Made by a program: the position numbers and the translations under genes. Shown here one piece after another: positions 61,835 to 64,000 of a DNA stretch of 64,000 bases (positions are counted from its first letter, which is position 1; the number at the start of each line of letters is the position of its first letter). A model generated the notes under the pieces. That model saw only the letters and a program-made list of their open reading frames with translations, did no database searches and was not told the DNA's origin. Source of the DNA: Octopus sinensis (lineage: Eukaryota); the NCBI RefSeq assembly GCF_006345805.1, contig NC_043020.1, positions 16,306,001 to 16,370,000 on the forward strand, written 5' to 3'.

Positions 61835-62724
61835 ATGCCACAAAAAAAAACATAATCTCTCCAGAAACACCTATCAAATGAGGAGGATGCTGAAAACCGA
61901 AGGCAAGAGTCTCAAGAGATACTTTCTCAATGATACTTTCTCAAGATCACCAAACACATGTTGCAGCATGTCAAAGAGACACAATCTCATGAGAGAAGGG
62001 AGAAGAGACTTTCTCAACACCAGCACAGGCATGCTGCAACACATCTGATGGAGTCCCAAGACAGAAGGAAGATGGGACTTTCTCAAGATCACTAAAGGCA
62101 TGCTGCAGCACATTAGTTGGAGTCTCAAGAGATAAGGGACATGAGACTTTCTCAAGATTAGTAGAGGCATGCTTCAGCATGTCGGATGGAGTTTCAGTAC
62201 AGAAGAGATAAGACACTTTCCAAAGATCACCAACCACATGCTGAAGCACGTCAAAGAGACGCAGTCTCAAGAGAGAAGGGAGAGGAGGCTTTCTCAACAC
62301 CAGCACAGGCATGCTGCAACACATCTGATGGAGTCCCAAGACAGAAGGAAGATGAGACTTTCTCAAGATCAGCAAAGGCATGTTGCAGCACTTAATAAAG
62401 AATCATTAAAACAATGTTTATCACACCAGATTATACTGAAGTCCGATAAAATAGCTCTCAGAAACAGACCACGTACAAATTCATTCTTCACAACACCTGG
62501 AGTCGCTTTCAGATATGATCCATCCCATTCTTATAAAAATGATAATTCTATCCCATTTTGGTGTGCTAAACTCAAATTGTCGTTTATGCAAAGCTTTAAA
62601 ATTTATTCCATAAATGTTTTGCCGTCAATGCTGCACTTTCCTGTATCACCTGTTTCAACATAACTGTAATATACACATAAAAACTATGCCGTTTAATCTA
62701 CATAATGCTGGGTATCTCTGGTAG
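61835..62724 (+). pseudogene. Internally deleted Helitron RepHel N-terminal remnant
   Basis: MPQKK..NLSRNT start, 23-aa repeats (RLSQDQQRHAA..ESQ.RR), AFRYDP motif, possible 3' end AATGCTGGGTATCTCTGGTAG|T (CTAG decayed). Confidence 0.65.
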
Positions 62725-62858
62725 TATGTTCTACATATGTTACCTAACACTCTGTTGAACCCCCAGACTGAAACTGATTGGTAAGACTGGCTATATATTT
62801 ATACACACACACACACACACACACACATTCACACACATATATATATATACATATATAT

Positions 62859-63168
62859 GTGGAGGTGCAATGGCCCAATGGTTAGGGCAGCGGACTCGCG
62901 GTCGTAGGATTGCGGTTTCGATTCCCAGACCGGGCGTTGTGACTGTTTATTGAGTGAAAACATCTAAAGCTCCATGAGGCTCCAGCAGGGGGTGGTGGTG
63001 ATCCCTGCTGTACTCTTTCGCCACAACTTTCTCTCACTCTTTCTTCTGTTGGCCTGCTCGCTTAGCCAGCAGGGTGGCGTCACTTGATGGCTAAAACAAT
63101 GTGAAGTGCATTGTGACCAGCGATGTGTAGCAACATCTGATAGCCTGGTTGGTCATGTGTCACATGTC
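62859..63168 (+). mobile_element. SINE C head with a fourth 3' module
   Basis: Family C head to about 63040, then TGTTGGCCTGCTCGCTTAGCCAGC...GGTCATGTG. Confidence 0.75.
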
Positions 63169-63199
<31 letters not shown>

Positions 63200-63424
63200 T
63201 GGCTGGCTTCTTTCAGTTTCTATCTACTAATTCCACACACAAGGCTTTTGTCAGCCTGAGGCTACAACAAAAGACACTTGCCCAATATGTGATGCAATGG
63301 GGCGGAACCAAAAACTATGCTTCAGGCTCACCAAATACCTAACGAACACTGAGCCAGTGAACATGCTTTACCAGCAAACTACCAGGTATGTACCATATGA
63401 TCACAATCAAAATCAAATTCACTG

Positions 63425-63865
63425 ATGTGGCCAATGACAGCACTGCCTGACTGGCACCCATGCTAGTGGAACGTTAAAAGCACTGTCCAAGCGTGATCAT
63501 TGCTAGGGCCGCTGACTGGCTCCTGTGCTGGTGGCACATAAAAAGCACCATTTGAGCATGATTGTTCCCAGTGTCGCCTTACTGGCACATGAAAAACAAC
63601 ATTCAAGCAAGGTCATTGCCAATGCCATTGGACTGGCTCCTGTGCAGGAGGCACTTAAAAATAACCATTTGAGCGTGACTCACCAGTACCACCTAACTGG
63701 CCCTCGTGTCGGTGGCATGTAAAAGCACCCACTACACATCCAGCTGTAGAAACTTTGTCAGATAAGATTGGAACCTGGTGCAGCCATCTGGTTCACCAGT
63801 CCTCAGTCAAACCATCCAACCCATGCCAACATGGAAAGCAGACGTTAAACGATAATGATGTTGAT
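63425..63865 (+). mobile_element. Family B copy with internal tandem repeats
   Basis: Repeated GACTGGCTCCTGTGC..GGCAC..AAAAGCACCATTTGAGC units before the family B tail. Confidence 0.8.
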
Positions 63866-63892
63866 GAATATATATATATATACATATATATA

Positions 63893-64000
63893 TACTCTTT
63901 TACTTGTTTCAGTCATTTGACTGCAGCCATGCTGGAGCACCGCCTTTAATCAAGCAACTCGACCCCGGGACTTATTCTTTTGTAAGCCCAGTACTTATTC
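63893..64000 (-). mobile_element. SINE A tail, runs off the window
   Basis: TACTCTTTTACTTGTTTCAGTCATTTGACTGCAGCCATGCTGGAGCACC. Confidence 0.85.

Overview
Non-genic animal DNA, strongly AT-rich and saturated with microsatellites ((TA)n, (CA)n, (TATG)n, (GATA)n, (AAT)n, (CAT)n). The repeat families look like those of an octopus or other coleoid cephalopod; this is recognition-based inference, not a database result. No host protein-coding exon, rRNA, true tRNA or CRISPR could be supported, and nearly all ORF-track entries are microsatellite or SINE artefacts. Recognisable coding remnants are all transposon-derived: a Penelope-like element (RT plus C-terminal GIY-YIG), two CR1/L2-group LINE 3' ends, several RTE LINE fragments, an R4/Dong-like RT fragment, mariner and maT transposase remnants with MITEs, a Helitron N-terminus and a possible gag zinc knuckle. 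At least four SINE-like families are present, labelled A-D here, plus an (AAT)n-targeted element E. The main unexplained signal, found by manual folding, is about 18 type I hammerhead-ribozyme motifs in 64 kb. They come from several distinct short elements, mostly embedded in (TA)n, and typically have palindromic or near-palindromic minimal helix III. Two appear fully intact (12378-12458 minus, 59449-59562 plus). Two near-perfect fold-back palindromes (197-bp and 337-bp arms) carry a hammerhead in each arm, and one hammerhead unit lies downstream of a tRNA-type Pol III promoter. Coordinates were counted by hand and may be off by a few bases; some frameshifts may be assembly errors.
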